64,000 nt of DNA from an uncultured Chthonomonadaceae bacterium (GTDB lineage Bacteria > Armatimonadota > Chthonomonadetes > Chthonomonadales > Chthonomonadaceae), in assembly GCA_963835065.1 (NCBI GenBank), contig CAWIEK010000041.1, positions 1 through 64,000 of the forward strand, written 5' to 3'. Of the stretch, positions 18,769 to 28,998 are shown in pieces. The number at the start of each line of letters is the position of its first letter. Positions within the stretch are counted from its first letter, which is position 1. The position numbers and the translations under genes were made by a program. Under the pieces are notes generated by a model. It saw nothing but the letters and a program-made list of their open reading frames with translations, was not told the DNA's origin and searched no databases.

Positions 18769-19721
18769 CTACCAAATTTGCCTGAAAATGCAATGACAGG
18801 CGACGGAATGAATTCCTTCGCTCAATGGCGTTCCGCCAAGTGTCCTTCGGACACACCATTTATCAAAAGCGAGTCCGTATCCGAATTGCTGAAACGCCGT
18901 TGCCAGCAACCCTGAAACTTGAACGATTGCCTGTAGCAACAAATATACGCAGGGCAACGCCACAAGGTCGGGACGGTGTAGCTGTTGGGCAAGCAGGAGT
19001 GGAGTAATGCCATCCTTGTCGAGATGGTTCGGGGCGGCTCCATGCGCCAGAAGTTGACAGCAAATGTTCCCGTTCATTATAAACCTCATGACATAATGTA
19101 AGGCGGTTTGCCTGTACTCATTTTCAATGGAAACGTCTGCGCCATGCCCTAACAGCAGGCGCGTCATGTCCACATGGTTATTCGTAATAGCCCACATCAA
19201 CGGCGTCTCGCCCTCACTATCCTGTTGGTTGATGTTCGCGCCATGTTCCAAAAGCAGTTGCGCCACCTGCAAGTGGTTGCACATAATCGCATAGTGCAGG
19301 GCAGATTGGTGATTCCTATCGGTTGCGTTGCAATCCGGGCTATGTGCGAGCATACTGCGGACTAACGGCACTTCTTCCCAGTAAAAAGAACTGATAATCC
19401 CTCCGTCTGCCTCGTCCACATACGAGTTCCACAAGCGAACATAAATGCTGTCGGGGTAGTATCCACAGGTGCAGAGGAACGGTGCAGCAGTTGGCTGAGC
19501 AACAATTTGAGCGTAGGAGCAGGCGGTGTGTTAAAGCGCGTGTTGGGGTCGGCTCCGGCATTGGCAAGCGCAAACGCCTGTTTTCTGTCGTTGTTAATCA
19601 GGGCGGCAATCAGTTGGCGGTTGAGGGCATACTGCCGCTGCTGGGAGCGCACCCATAATCCCATGCCGGCCATGAGCAACGAAACCGGCAGCAGTAACAA
19701 CAGCAGGGAACGGCGTTTCAT
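18769..19721 (-). CDS. Membrane-anchored ankyrin-repeat protein (frameshift near 19435; 3' end uncertain)
   Basis: N-terminal TM, AGADPN, SALHYA, GETPLMWA and GITPLLLA spread over two frames. Confidence 0.75.
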
Positions 19722-19744
19722 ACACGCGGCTTCTTTCGTAGTGG

Positions 19745-20445
19745 CTACTTCCCGGCAAAAACGTTCTTGCCGCGAACGGTGATAGTGCTGACGCCATCAT
19801 CTATGTAGGCGGAAGGGATTGCGCGAACGAGTTTCAGCGTCCCGTCCGCTTGTACGCGAAACACAGAAACGATGTGGCCTCTATTGTCCGGGCCATCGGA
19901 AACAACGCAGGCAAAGCGCCTGCTTGCATCAAAGAGCAGGGGCGAGGGATCGCTGCTGACATAAACCTGCGTTGGCGTAAGCGGCACGAGTTGACCGGTG
20001 CGCCTCATGCGGTACTGGCAGATAGCCCCATGCGTACACGACACATACGCAAAACGTCCGTTCGGATGCAAACTGATGTTGCCGGGATGACTATGCGCCG
20101 CGACCTTGAACGGCGTCAGGGGATACAGTCTCCTGCCTTGTCCGATGCGATACTGCTCTACATAAAAAAAGTCGTCCCTGCAAGAGTACACAAACTTCCT
20201 ATTGGCAGGCACGGCTACGGAGCGCGAATCCTCCGTGAGTTTGGTACCCGGCGAACCGAGACGGACACGAGCAGGTTTAGGCTCGTCTGTCGGTTCCGGC
20301 AGCGTCGCCGACCTCTGAGGGAAGTAGTGGAAATGTGAATGCGCTGTTGTGTCGTGTCGGAAGTGGCGCGGGCAATCGGAACGGCATGTTTCCTGCCGAC
20401 AGGAGACAGCGTAGCGAACAAGAATAGCGTCAAGGGGATGTACAT
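19745..20445 (-). CDS. Secreted lactonase-family beta-propeller protein (frameshifted)
   Basis: Signal-like N-terminus, then HPNGRFAYV, FDASRRFACV and FRVQADGTL in a second frame. Confidence 0.6.
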
Positions 20446-20596
20446 TGCTTACCTCTCAGATTACTGTCTTTTTCGTTTTGGTTCGCTTCTTTCGCGGTTT
20501 CTCACTCCTCGTCTCGCCGTCTCCTTGTCTCCACCTCCCCAATTCTTCTCTGTGACCCCTCTGTGTCTCTGTGCCTCTGTGGTTCAAATTCTCTCC

Positions 20597-20932
20597 TCAC
20601 GCAAGGGCGAACTCCGTATACTTGCGTATGGTCGGATGCTTAAAGGCAAGCACAATGTCGGAATGAGGGACGCCCCCCGCGAGGAATATCTCTGCGATGT
20701 CCATGTCCGTGCCGTTGTGTTCAATGTAAATCTTGTCGTTGAGGATGTCGCAGTGAACGAGGATGCCGTGAATGCGGCTATTGTTCAGCCATCCGACCTG
20801 TAGAAGTTCATAGTGACCCTGCTCGTCATTGCAAACCATTTCGGTGCGAATGTCCTGAATTTTCGGAATCTCGGCGGCGACAGCGCACAAAGCCTGCCGA
20901 ATCAAGGCCCGGTATCTATCTATTCTATCCAT
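20597..20932 (-). CDS. xisI: XisI family protein
   Basis: GHYELLQVGW, HGILVHCDI, IYIEHNGTD and GVPHSDIVLAFKHP. Confidence 0.9.
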   Translation of the reverse strand: MDRIDRYRALIRQALCAVAAEIPKIQDIRTEMVCNDEQGHYELLQVGWLNNSRIHGILVHCDILNDKIYIEHNGTDMDIAEIFLAGGVPHSDIVLAFKHPTIRKYTEFALA

Positions 20933-21336
20933 CGTGCTATCTCCTCCCGGTCAGAATGAAATACCAGCAGGCGCAGCGATTCATCCTCAATCAAATTGCG
21001 CCCTTCAAGGATGTCGAAATGTTCGTCATACGCGGGAACGGACACGGCAAGATACAGGACGCGCTCAGGATCATTGCGCCGCAGCAGACTTCGATATAGC
21101 ATGTACTGGCCTAATCCGCGTTGCAGTTCCGGCATTTCCACGCCGCCTACCAAACTCTTGATTTCCACCGCGATCCTGCGTCCGTCCCGTTCCGCCGCAA
21201 CCAGTACCTCCGCGCCCAAATCAATATACAGCGTTTGCTTGCCGCGCTTGATCGGATAAGGGTCATGCGTAATCGTCCATCCCGCTTTGATAAGCGCGTT
21301 TTTGCAGGCGTCGTGGAAAAGGTCTAGTCTTGACAT
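20920..21336 (-). CDS. xisH: XisH family protein
   Basis: FHDACKNALIKAGWTITHDP, IDLGAE, IAVEIKS and GQYMLYR. Confidence 0.9.
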   Translation of the reverse strand: MSRLDLFHDACKNALIKAGWTITHDPYPIKRGKQTLYIDLGAEVLVAAERDGRRIAVEIKSLVGGVEMPELQRGLGQYMLYRSLLRRNDPERVLYLAVSVPAYDEHFDILEGRNLIEDESLRLLVFHSDREEIARWIE

Positions 21337-21477
21337 ACTGTTTGATACGACATGCCGAAGTGAAAAACCTTCCGGCGCGTTGCTTCTTTTCTGGTGATTT
21401 GCCAAGATCGCGCAGGAGTTGCCGCCTGCTTTGGCGAACTCAGAAGACGCACCCATTGCCCGAAAGGAACGCCGCTC

Positions 21478-23280
21478 GTGACTGCCGACAACCCACTTGA
21501 TATTCGCTTTGATACCTACTACAATTACGCCGATTTAACGGAACGCTTGCAGGCGCTTGTCGCCGCGTATCCCCATCTGCTTTCCCTTGAAAGCATCGGC
21601 AAATCGCATGAAGGGCGCGACGTGTGGTGCGTGACCGCCACCAATACGGCTACCGGGCCGGCGCAGGAGAAACCCGCGTTCTGGTGCGACGGCAATATCC
21701 ACGCGACGGAAGTGTCCGCGTCGTCCGCCTGCCTGCTCATCCTGCACAAACTCGCCACGCGGCACGGCGCGGACGCCACCATCACCCGCGCCCTCGATAC
21801 CCGCGCCTATTACATCGTGCCCCGCGTCAACCCGGACGGCGCGGAATTGTATTTTGCCGACAAGCCCAAATACATTCGCTCGTCCACGCGCCCCTATCCC
21901 TACGACGAAGAGCCGATTGACGGCCTGAAATACGAGGACATAGACGGCGACGGGCGAATGCTGCAAATGCGGATTCCCGACGCGAATGGCGCGTGGAAAA
22001 TCCACCCGGAACATCCGCGTCTGATGGTCAAGCGTGAGCCGACCGATTATGAAGGCAAGTTTTACCGTATTCTGCCCGAAGGCGTGTTGGAAAACTGGGA
22101 CGGCGTGACGCTCGAACTGCAAAAGAACAAGGAAGGCTTGGACCTCAACCGCAACTTTCCCGCGAACTGGCGGCAGGAAGGCGAGCAGTTCGGAGCCGGG
22201 CCGTTTCCGGGCAGCGAGCCGGAAGTGTACAATCTGGTCAAGTTTATTGCCGCGCATCCCAACATCACGGGCGCGATTACGTTCCACACGTTCAGCGGCG
22301 TGATTCTGCGCCCGTATGGAACGCAGGCCGACGACGCGATGCCAGCCGAAGACCTGTGGACGTTTCAGGCCATCGGCAAACAGGCGACCGAAATGACCGG
22401 CTACCCGACCGTGAGCGTGTACCACGATTTTCGCTACCATCCCAAAGAAGTGATTACGGGCGTGTTCGACGACTGGATGTACGATCACCTGGGCGTGTAT
22501 GCGTGGACGTGCGAAATCTGGTCGCCGCAGCGTCAGGCAGGCTTGACGGAAGGCTTCGACAAGAACACCAAAGCCGGTTCGTTCAAGTTCATTGACTGGC
22601 GGCGCAATCACCCTATCGAAGACGACATCAAAATGCTGGAATGGTCGGACACGCAGTTAGACGGCAAAGGCTATGTCGAGTGGCATTCCTTCACGCATCC
22701 CCAATTAGGCCCAATCGAACTCGGCGGCTGGGACGCCCAACTCGCCTTCCGCAACCCCCCGGCCCAATTCCTCGAAAAAGAAATTACGCCCCTCGTAGAT
22801 TGGGCCATCTGGCACGGCCTCATCGCCCCGGAACTCAAGCTGCACAGCGTTACGCTAACGCCGCTGGAAGAAAAGGAGAAAAGGAGAAAAGGAGAAAAGG
22901 AGACAGAAGATAGTAGCCTATCAACTATCAACTATCAACTATCAACTTCTTACCTCCTGCGCGTAGTCGTAGACAACGCCGGCTGGCTGCCGACGTATAT
23001 CAGCAAGAAGGCGCTGGAAAAGAAGGCGGTGCGCGGCGTGGTGGCGGAAATCGAATTGCCGGGGGGGGCTGTGCTGGAAACGGGCAAAAAGCGCGTGGAA
23101 CTCGGCCAGTTGGAAGGGCGGGCGTACAAGGCCGTCGCGCCGTATGGCTGGACAGCCGACACCACGCAGGAGCGCGTGAAAATCGAATGGGTAGTGCGCG
23201 GCGTTCCCGGCAGCGTAGTAAACGTGGCAGTGCGTCACGAGCGGGCGGGCATTGTCCGCTGCGAAGTGACGTTGACATAA
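21478..23280 (+). CDS. M14 zinc carboxypeptidase
   Basis: GNIHATE, VNPDG, DLNRNF, SEPE and TFHT motifs. Confidence 0.92.
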   Translation: MTADNPLDIRFDTYYNYADLTERLQALVAAYPHLLSLESIGKSHEGRDVWCVTATNTATGPAQEKPAFWCDGNIHATEVSASSACLLILHKLATRHGADATITRALDTRAYYIVPRVNPDGAELYFADKPKYIRSSTRPYPYDEEPIDGLKYEDIDGDGRMLQMRIPDANGAWKIHPEHPRLMVKREPTDYEGKFYRILPEGVLENWDGVTLELQKNKEGLDLNRNFPANWRQEGEQFGAGPFPGSEPEVYNLVKFIAAHPNITGAITFHTFSGVILRPYGTQADDAMPAEDLWTFQAIGKQATEMTGYPTVSVYHDFRYHPKEVITGVFDDWMYDHLGVYAWTCEIWSPQRQAGLTEGFDKNTKAGSFKFIDWRRNHPIEDDIKMLEWSDTQLDGKGYVEWHSFTHPQLGPIELGGWDAQLAFRNPPAQFLEKEITPLVDWAIWHGLIAPELKLHSVTLTPLEEKEKRRKGEKETEDSSLSTINYQLSTSYLLRVVVDNAGWLPTYISKKALEKKAVRGVVAEIELPGGAVLETGKKRVELGQLEGRAYKAVAPYGWTADTTQERVKIEWVVRGVPGSVVNVAVRHERAGIVRCEVTLT

Positions 23281-23321
23281 GTTGTAATTTTTAAGTTGTA
23301 ATTTTCAAGTTTCGAGAAAAC

Positions 23322-23508
23322 ATGCTTGGTGTTCTTGTTCTCGTGGCTTTGCTGATGCCGTCGAAGTCCGCGACGGTCAAAACGCCTCCCGCGCCCGTAA
23401 AAATCTACCCGATGGTTGGTTCCTTTGCAAAATACGCCGTTAAAAAGGGAGACCCCTACTATAAAATCGCCCGCTCGCACAATGTCAGCCGCCTGATATT
23501 GCTGCAAT
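23322..23508 (+). pseudogene. LysM-like protein 5' fragment cut by an IS630 insertion
   Basis: YAVKKGDPYYKIARSHNVS ends at the IS end. Confidence 0.6.
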
Positions 23509-23842
23509 TATACTATCGGCAGGTGAGCATCTCGAAGTTCTCGGTCATCAGGGTAGCTAACTCGCTCCTGTAGCGCGGCAGGTTGTGGAAGAAGGCATCA
23601 ATCGCCTGCGTGAACTGCGCGTAGGTGGCATAGAACGGGACCAACACCGTCTTCTTGCACAACTTCCCTAAGCGCTCAATGAGGTTCAAGTTGGGCGAGG
23701 AAGGAGGCAGATACACAAGCCCAACGCGCTTGCCTGTTTGTAGCGGCAACTCAGTGCCGCGTGTTCTTCGTCAGTAAGGGTGAGTAGGCGTTTCATGCCT
23801 TTATTTTACCCCCTTACCGCTTTCTCAGACGCCGATAGTATA
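23509..23842 (-). mobile_element. Internally deleted IS630-family element
   Basis: Terminal inverted repeats tatactatcggc (23509-23520) and gccgatagtata (23831-23842) with TA ends. Transposase start MKRLLTLTDEE is joined to the C-terminal YLPPSSPNLNLIERL. Confidence 0.85.
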
Positions 23843-23906
23843 GCAACACCGGAAGCAACGGATGTGAGACAGATGATAAGCATCTACCAAATGCGCGGAT
23901 GAGCAG

Positions 23907-24076
23907 AAGGTAAACGAGAAACGCTTCTCAAACAACTACGCTTGAAATTTGGTTCGCTGCCGGAGGGAGGCGAGGCAACCCTTCCGACGGCTGCAAGCGA
24001 AGCTGAGTTGGACTCTCTGCTGGAGCGCGTGTTGACAGCCAACTCCCTTCAGGAAATGCAGTTGAAAGTAGATTAG
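23907..24076 (+). pseudogene. Rpn/DUF4351-like C-terminal fragment
   Basis: EGKRETLLKQLRLKFGSLPE..ELDSLLERVLTANSLQE with an in-frame stop just upstream. Confidence 0.6.
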
Positions 24077-24107
24077 AAGTTCGGAAGCAGCTTGGATTGG
24101 AGAGGAA

Positions 24108-24353
24108 ATGAAGCAGGCGAAATGGGATATACGGCGGAAGGGACGCGCCTGGGTAAGCGGGGAGGCATGGCCTCGTTACGAACTTTGTCCCGGAAAACTG
24201 GAGATGATTGAAGGGAAACTACTCTGGAATGAGGAAGATCGTTTGACCCTCCTTGCGCTGCTGCTGGAAAATGTCGGCGCGGATGAGGCCGTTCGGCTTG
24301 GCGACCCTGCGGTTTGGCGCGCAGCCGTAGCGGATTTGCCCGAAATTGTCTGA
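24108..24353 (+). CDS. Small hypothetical protein
   Basis: GGAGAGG RBS; PGKLEMIEGKL resembles a Uma2 N-terminal motif. Confidence 0.55.
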   Translation: MKQAKWDIRRKGRAWVSGEAWPRYELCPGKLEMIEGKLLWNEEDRLTLLALLLENVGADEAVRLGDPAVWRAAVADLPEIV

Positions 24354-24390
24354 GTAGCGGCCTCGTTGTTCGCTGTGTAAAGGTGTGCTT

Positions 24391-27333
24391 ATGCGCTCGT
24401 TACCTTCTATGATTATCAGTCTTGCGTTTGTTGGCAGTTTGTGCGGTCTTAAATTGACCGCGCAAGCCGATAAGCCGGGCAAAGCGCCGCCTGTGGCCGC
24501 TGTCAGTTTCCGCAACCATGTGCTGCCGATTTTGACGAAAAACGGGTGCAATTCGGGAGCGTGTCATGGCGCGGCGGCGGGCAAGGGCGGGCTGAAACTG
24601 AGTTTGCGCGGTTTTGATGCCGACGCGGATTACGCCGTTCTGACGCGGCAGGCGTGGGGGCGGCGCGTGGCGGCAGGCGATCCCGCTCATAGCCTGCTGC
24701 TGCTCAAGCCGACTATGCGGATCGGACACGGCGGCGGCGAACGCATCAAGTGGGGTTCGCCCGATTACAAAATCGTTGCCGACTGGATTCAGGCCGGCGC
24801 GCTTCCGCCTCGCAGCTGACGATGTAAAGCTGCTGTCGCTGGACGTGTCGCCTTCCGTGATTTCGCTGCATCCCGGCGACAAGCGGCAGGTGACGGTTCG
24901 CGCCCATTACGCTAACGGCAAAGTGGAAGACGTGACGCGGTGGGTCAAGTTCGGAACCAGTGACGGCAATGTGGCGAACGTGGACGATGGGGGCAGGGTC
25001 ACGGTGCAGGGGCGGGGCGAAGCCGCGATTACCGTTTGGTTTTCCAGCAAAGTGACGTTTGCTCGCATTGTGTCGCCGTTTCCCAGCGCGCCCGCGCCCG
25101 CCGTTTACGCCCGCTCCCCGCGCAATAATTTCATTGACGGTTTGGTTGTCAATAAGCTGCAGGCGCTCGGTCTGCCGCCCTCCAATCCCTGCTCCGACAG
25201 CGAGTTTATCCGGCGCGCGTTTCTGGACGCGGCGGGAATCCTGCCCACGCCGAAAGAAACAACTGCGTTTCTCGCCGACACCCGCCCGGACAAACGCGCC
25301 CGCCTGATTGACGCCCTCTTGGAACGCCCGGAATTCGTAGACTATTGGACGTACAAGTGGTGCGACCTGCTTCTGGTCAGCAGCCGCAAACTCAATCCGC
25401 CCGCCCTGAAAGCGTTTCAAGGCTGGATACGGCAAAGCGTACAGGCCGATAAGCCCTGGGACGTGTTTGCGCGGGAACTGCTGACGGCGCGGGGCAGTAA
25501 TCTGGAAAACGGCGCGGCCAACTATTACGTACTCCATAAAGAGCCGATTGATTTGACCGAAACCACCACGCAGGCGTTTTTGGGCATGTCGCTGACGTGC
25601 GCGCGCTGCCACAATCACCCGCTGGAAAAATGGACGCAGCGCGACTATTTTCAAATGGCGAATCTGTTTGCGCGCGTCCGGCTGAAGAACGGCGACCAAC
25701 CGGGCGAAGCGTTGGTAATCGCGGCCAAAAACGGCGACATCAACCTGCCGCGTCTGAACATCCCGCTTGCGCCGCGTCCCTTAGACGGACAGGCCATGAC
25801 GCTGACGGACACGAGCGACCGGCGCGAACTTCTGGCCGATTGGCTCACGTCGCCCGGCAATCCCTATTTTGCCCGCGCTGTCGTCAACCGCGTATGGCGC
25901 AATTTCATGGGCCGGGGATTGGTGGAAGCCGAGGACGATCTCCGCCTGACCAATCCGCCGAGCAATCCGGCTCTGCTGGATGCGCTTGCCCGCGATTTCG
26001 CGCAGCCAAACGCAGGCAAACTCGCGCCGCAAAACGCGCTTAACCTTGCGCCGCAAAACGCGCTTAACCTTGCGCCGCAAAACGCAACCCAACCTGCGCA
26101 GCCAAATGCCTTTACGAACGCCTCTAAAAGCGTCTCTGCAAATGCCTCTATAGAGGAAAGGAACCCGCTTCATGTTAGACATACTGCGCCGATTGCAGCG
26201 CATCGCCCTGCGGCGCGGACAGCAGGAGTTTCAGCGCTGGCACGAAACCTGGAACCCGCCTTATTCCCTGTTGGGAACAGCCGGAGTGGTGGCGTGTTCG
26301 GAGCCGCGTTGTGCCTGCTGTTCACGATGTTCGCAACGACGATTTTGATTTGGGATATGCGGCAAGATCAAATGTTCTGGATGCTGGTCGTGGTCATCGC
26401 CTTTACGTATGGCGCGATTCCCGGCCTGGCATTGGGCGCGGCGTCGGGACTGGCGCAGGCCCTGGTGTGGACGCGCCGAATGCGACTCGCGGGACTGGCC
26501 TGCATCCTGGGGAGCGCGCTGGTAACGGGGCGGTTGATTTTAATCATGGTGGATCAGCTTTCCTACGATCCCGAATGGCGAACGAGCCTGCTGCAAATGC
26601 TGTTTCTGTTTGCCGCGCCGCTGACATGGGGCGTAATCCTGATGCTGAAGGGACTGCGCCTGCTGACCGCGAAGAAACCCTGACAGCCAATCAAGCGCCC
26701 GCCGCCAATATCACGCCCTACGACATCAAGCGCCTGATACGGACGATTATGAACTCCGCCGCGTATCAGCGTTCCGCCGTTCCCGTCGGGCTTGCCGCCA
26801 AAGATGACCGCTATGGCTCGCATTATGTGGTAAAGCGCCTGCCCGCCGAAGTGATTCTGGATGGCTTGTCGCAGGTGACGGGCATGTCTACCGATTTCAC
26901 CGGTTATCCTAAAGGGACGCGCGCCCTGCAATTGCCCGATTCGCAGGTGGCCTCCTACTTTTTGACCGCCTTTGGCCGGCCCGAACGGGAACGAACCTGC
27001 GCCTGCGAACGCCAGCAGGAGCCGAATGTCGCGCAAGCCCTGCACCTGTCCAACGGCGACACCATCAACCAAAAACTGCGCGCGTCCGGCGGTTTGGTGG
27101 AGCAATGGGCAAAAAACAACATGCCCGACGCGCAGGTTTTGGAGCAGTTGTATCTCGCCGCCCTGTGCCGCGTCCCAACCGCAGCCGAACGCGCCCGCGC
27201 CCTGGCCGTCCTTGCCGAATCGCGCTCCAATCCTGCCCTGCCCCCCGCGCAGCAGCAGGCCGCCCGCCGCATGGTGCTGGAAGACCTCTTTTGGGCCGTG
27301 CTGACCGACAAAGAGTTTTTGTTTAATCATTAA
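24391..27333 (+). CDS. DUF1549/DUF1553 (PSD1/PSCyt) protein with Ig-like domain; two frameshifts and a ~237-codon insertion
   Basis: GCNSGACHG, FIRRAFLD, CARCHNHP, NPYFARAVVNRVW, YDIKRLIRTIMNSAAYQRS, CACER and EDLFWAVLTDKEFLFNH across three frames. Confidence 0.85.
26021..26085 (+). repeat. 24-nt tandem repeat (LAPQNALN), about 2.7 copies
   Basis: gcgccgcaaaacgc starts at 26024, 26048 and 26072. Confidence 0.9.
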
Positions 27334-27338
27334 GATGT

Positions 27339-27451
27339 CGGTGTTCGGTGTTCGGTGTTCCGTATTCGGATTGGCGCTCTTCAACCAATTAGGCTGGCAG
27401 CAGTTGCCCGAACACCGAACACCGAACACCGAACACCGAACACCGAACACC
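27339..27451. repeat. Inverted pair of heptamer arrays (TTCGGTG)n/(CACCGAA)n
   Basis: Intergenic; a related octamer pair lies at 27989-28103. Confidence 0.9.
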
Positions 27452-27462
27452 GGAGGTATCTT

Positions 27463-27987
27463 ATGTGGAACGCGCTGAAACAGTACATGCGGACGCTTAA
27501 CGAACAGGGCCGCGCCCGGTTTGCGAGTTTGGCTTCAGATACGGAGCGGACGACGGCGACGGTTTCCACTGTTGGCATCGGAGCAGCGTCCGGGTTTGCC
27601 ATCTTGTCGTCGCTGTACTTCGCGCTGTATGCGGTTCTGGCAATTATCTTGCTCCGCGATGAATTAGGCAATCCGCAATTGTGGCTAAAAATCTATTACA
27701 TCAGCCTGATGTTCGGGCTGGTGCAGGGCAGCGCGATTGGAGCCGTGTTCGCGTGGGCATTGGCGCTGACATGGCAGGGCAAGCGGCACAAAGCCGCGCT
27801 GACCGCGTTGATTGGCGGCGGAACCATCCTCGTCCTCCTCGCGCTGTTCCAATCCCAGTACTACGACCCGGCCTTTCCCCCGGAGCAGTTTGTCTTTTGG
27901 GCGCTGCTCCTGTTCAGCCCCGCGTATTTCACCGCCGCCTGCGTCACGGCGTGGGGAGTCAATATGATGAGTGGAGAAAAGGCGTAG
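27463..27987 (+). CDS. Four-TM membrane protein, paralog A
   Basis: NEQGRARFA, QGSA.G, KRHKA and FSPAYFT shared with 28122..28649. Confidence 0.8.
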   Translation: MWNALKQYMRTLNEQGRARFASLASDTERTTATVSTVGIGAASGFAILSSLYFALYAVLAIILLRDELGNPQLWLKIYYISLMFGLVQGSAIGAVFAWALALTWQGKRHKAALTALIGGGTILVLLALFQSQYYDPAFPPEQFVFWALLLFSPAYFTAACVTAWGVNMMSGEKA

Positions 27988-28121
27988 GTCAGGTATTCGG
28001 GTGTTCGGGTATTCAGGTGTTCAGGAAATACAAAAGTACCAGTTCACTTTAACGCGCTAAAACAATCAGCCGAACACCCGAATACCTGAACACCTGAATA
28101 CCTGATTACCGGAGGTGCTTT

Positions 28122-28649
28122 ATGTCGAACGCGCTGATACGTTTTATTGAAGGTCAGAATGAGCAGGGCCGTGCCCGGTTTGCCGCTCTGGACACGGATA
28201 CGGAACGCCTGATACATACGAAATATACGGCGGGCGTGGCTTCCATAGTGACGGCCATCGTTTTCGTGATTGCCTACATCCCCGTATTGAGCGTGATGTA
28301 CGTCCATTTTGTGCCGCCGGAGTACCGCGACCCGATGATATGGAAGTACCTCGTGTATCTGAGCGTGTGGTTCGGCGGGATGCAGGGCAGCGCGGCGGGC
28401 AGCGTCCTGGGGTGGGGATTGGGGCTGTTCTGGCAGAACAAGCGGCACAAAGCGGGCATCGTGCTTGCGGTCGGGGGCGCTATCGGCATCTTCCTGCTGA
28501 TTTTGTTCCAGTCCATCTACTATGATTTCATTGACATGCCGCTCAACGAATATATCTTCTGGGCCGTGTTCGCGTTCAGCCCCGCGTACTTCACTTCGGC
28601 AAGCGCATTGGGCTGGGGCCTGTCCCTGCTCACCTCGAAAGAAGAATAA
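28122..28649 (+). CDS. Four-TM membrane protein, paralog B
   Basis: Clear paralog of the preceding gene; GGAGG RBS. Confidence 0.8.
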   Translation: MSNALIRFIEGQNEQGRARFAALDTDTERLIHTKYTAGVASIVTAIVFVIAYIPVLSVMYVHFVPPEYRDPMIWKYLVYLSVWFGGMQGSAAGSVLGWGLGLFWQNKRHKAGIVLAVGGAIGIFLLILFQSIYYDFIDMPLNEYIFWAVFAFSPAYFTSASALGWGLSLLTSKEE

Positions 28650-28710
28650 CGGCGGCTCCAACTCTACACCGCCAACCAACAACCCACTCAACAAAAAAGG
28701 AACAACCTAT

Positions 28711-28998
28711 TTGAGCCAACTGCGCCAGCAAATTTTGATTTTACATCTGTCGAACTCGGAACTGGATTCGCAAACGGTTGCCTGGGCGCTGTACGACGGC
28801 GCGGCTCCCGCAGACAAAATCCAGATGCAGTCGGGAGATCAGGACAAGCCGCCGTACCGCTCCGTATTGGAAGCTATGCGCGACGGCTGGTTTGTGCTGC
28901 AGGTTCCGCCCCTGCCTTATTACGCGCATGGTCACGAGCATGAAGTGGGCCATCTGCCCTACGAATACGTGCTGGAAAGAAAGGTCGAAATCGCATGA
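28711..28998 (+). CDS. Small protein translationally coupled to the dioxygenase
   Basis: TTG start after AAAGGA; PPYRSVLEAMRDGW; ATGA overlap with the next gene. Confidence 0.7.
   Translation: MSQLRQQILILHLSNSELDSQTVAWALYDGAAPADKIQMQSGDQDKPPYRSVLEAMRDGWFVLQVPPLPYYAHGHEHEVGHLPYEYVLERKVEIA

Noticed and set aside
26006..26718. Insertion as an intein or self-splicing intron
   Set aside because: No C/S start or HN end motif, no endonuclease or RT, and no intron boundary signature; it encodes TM helices.
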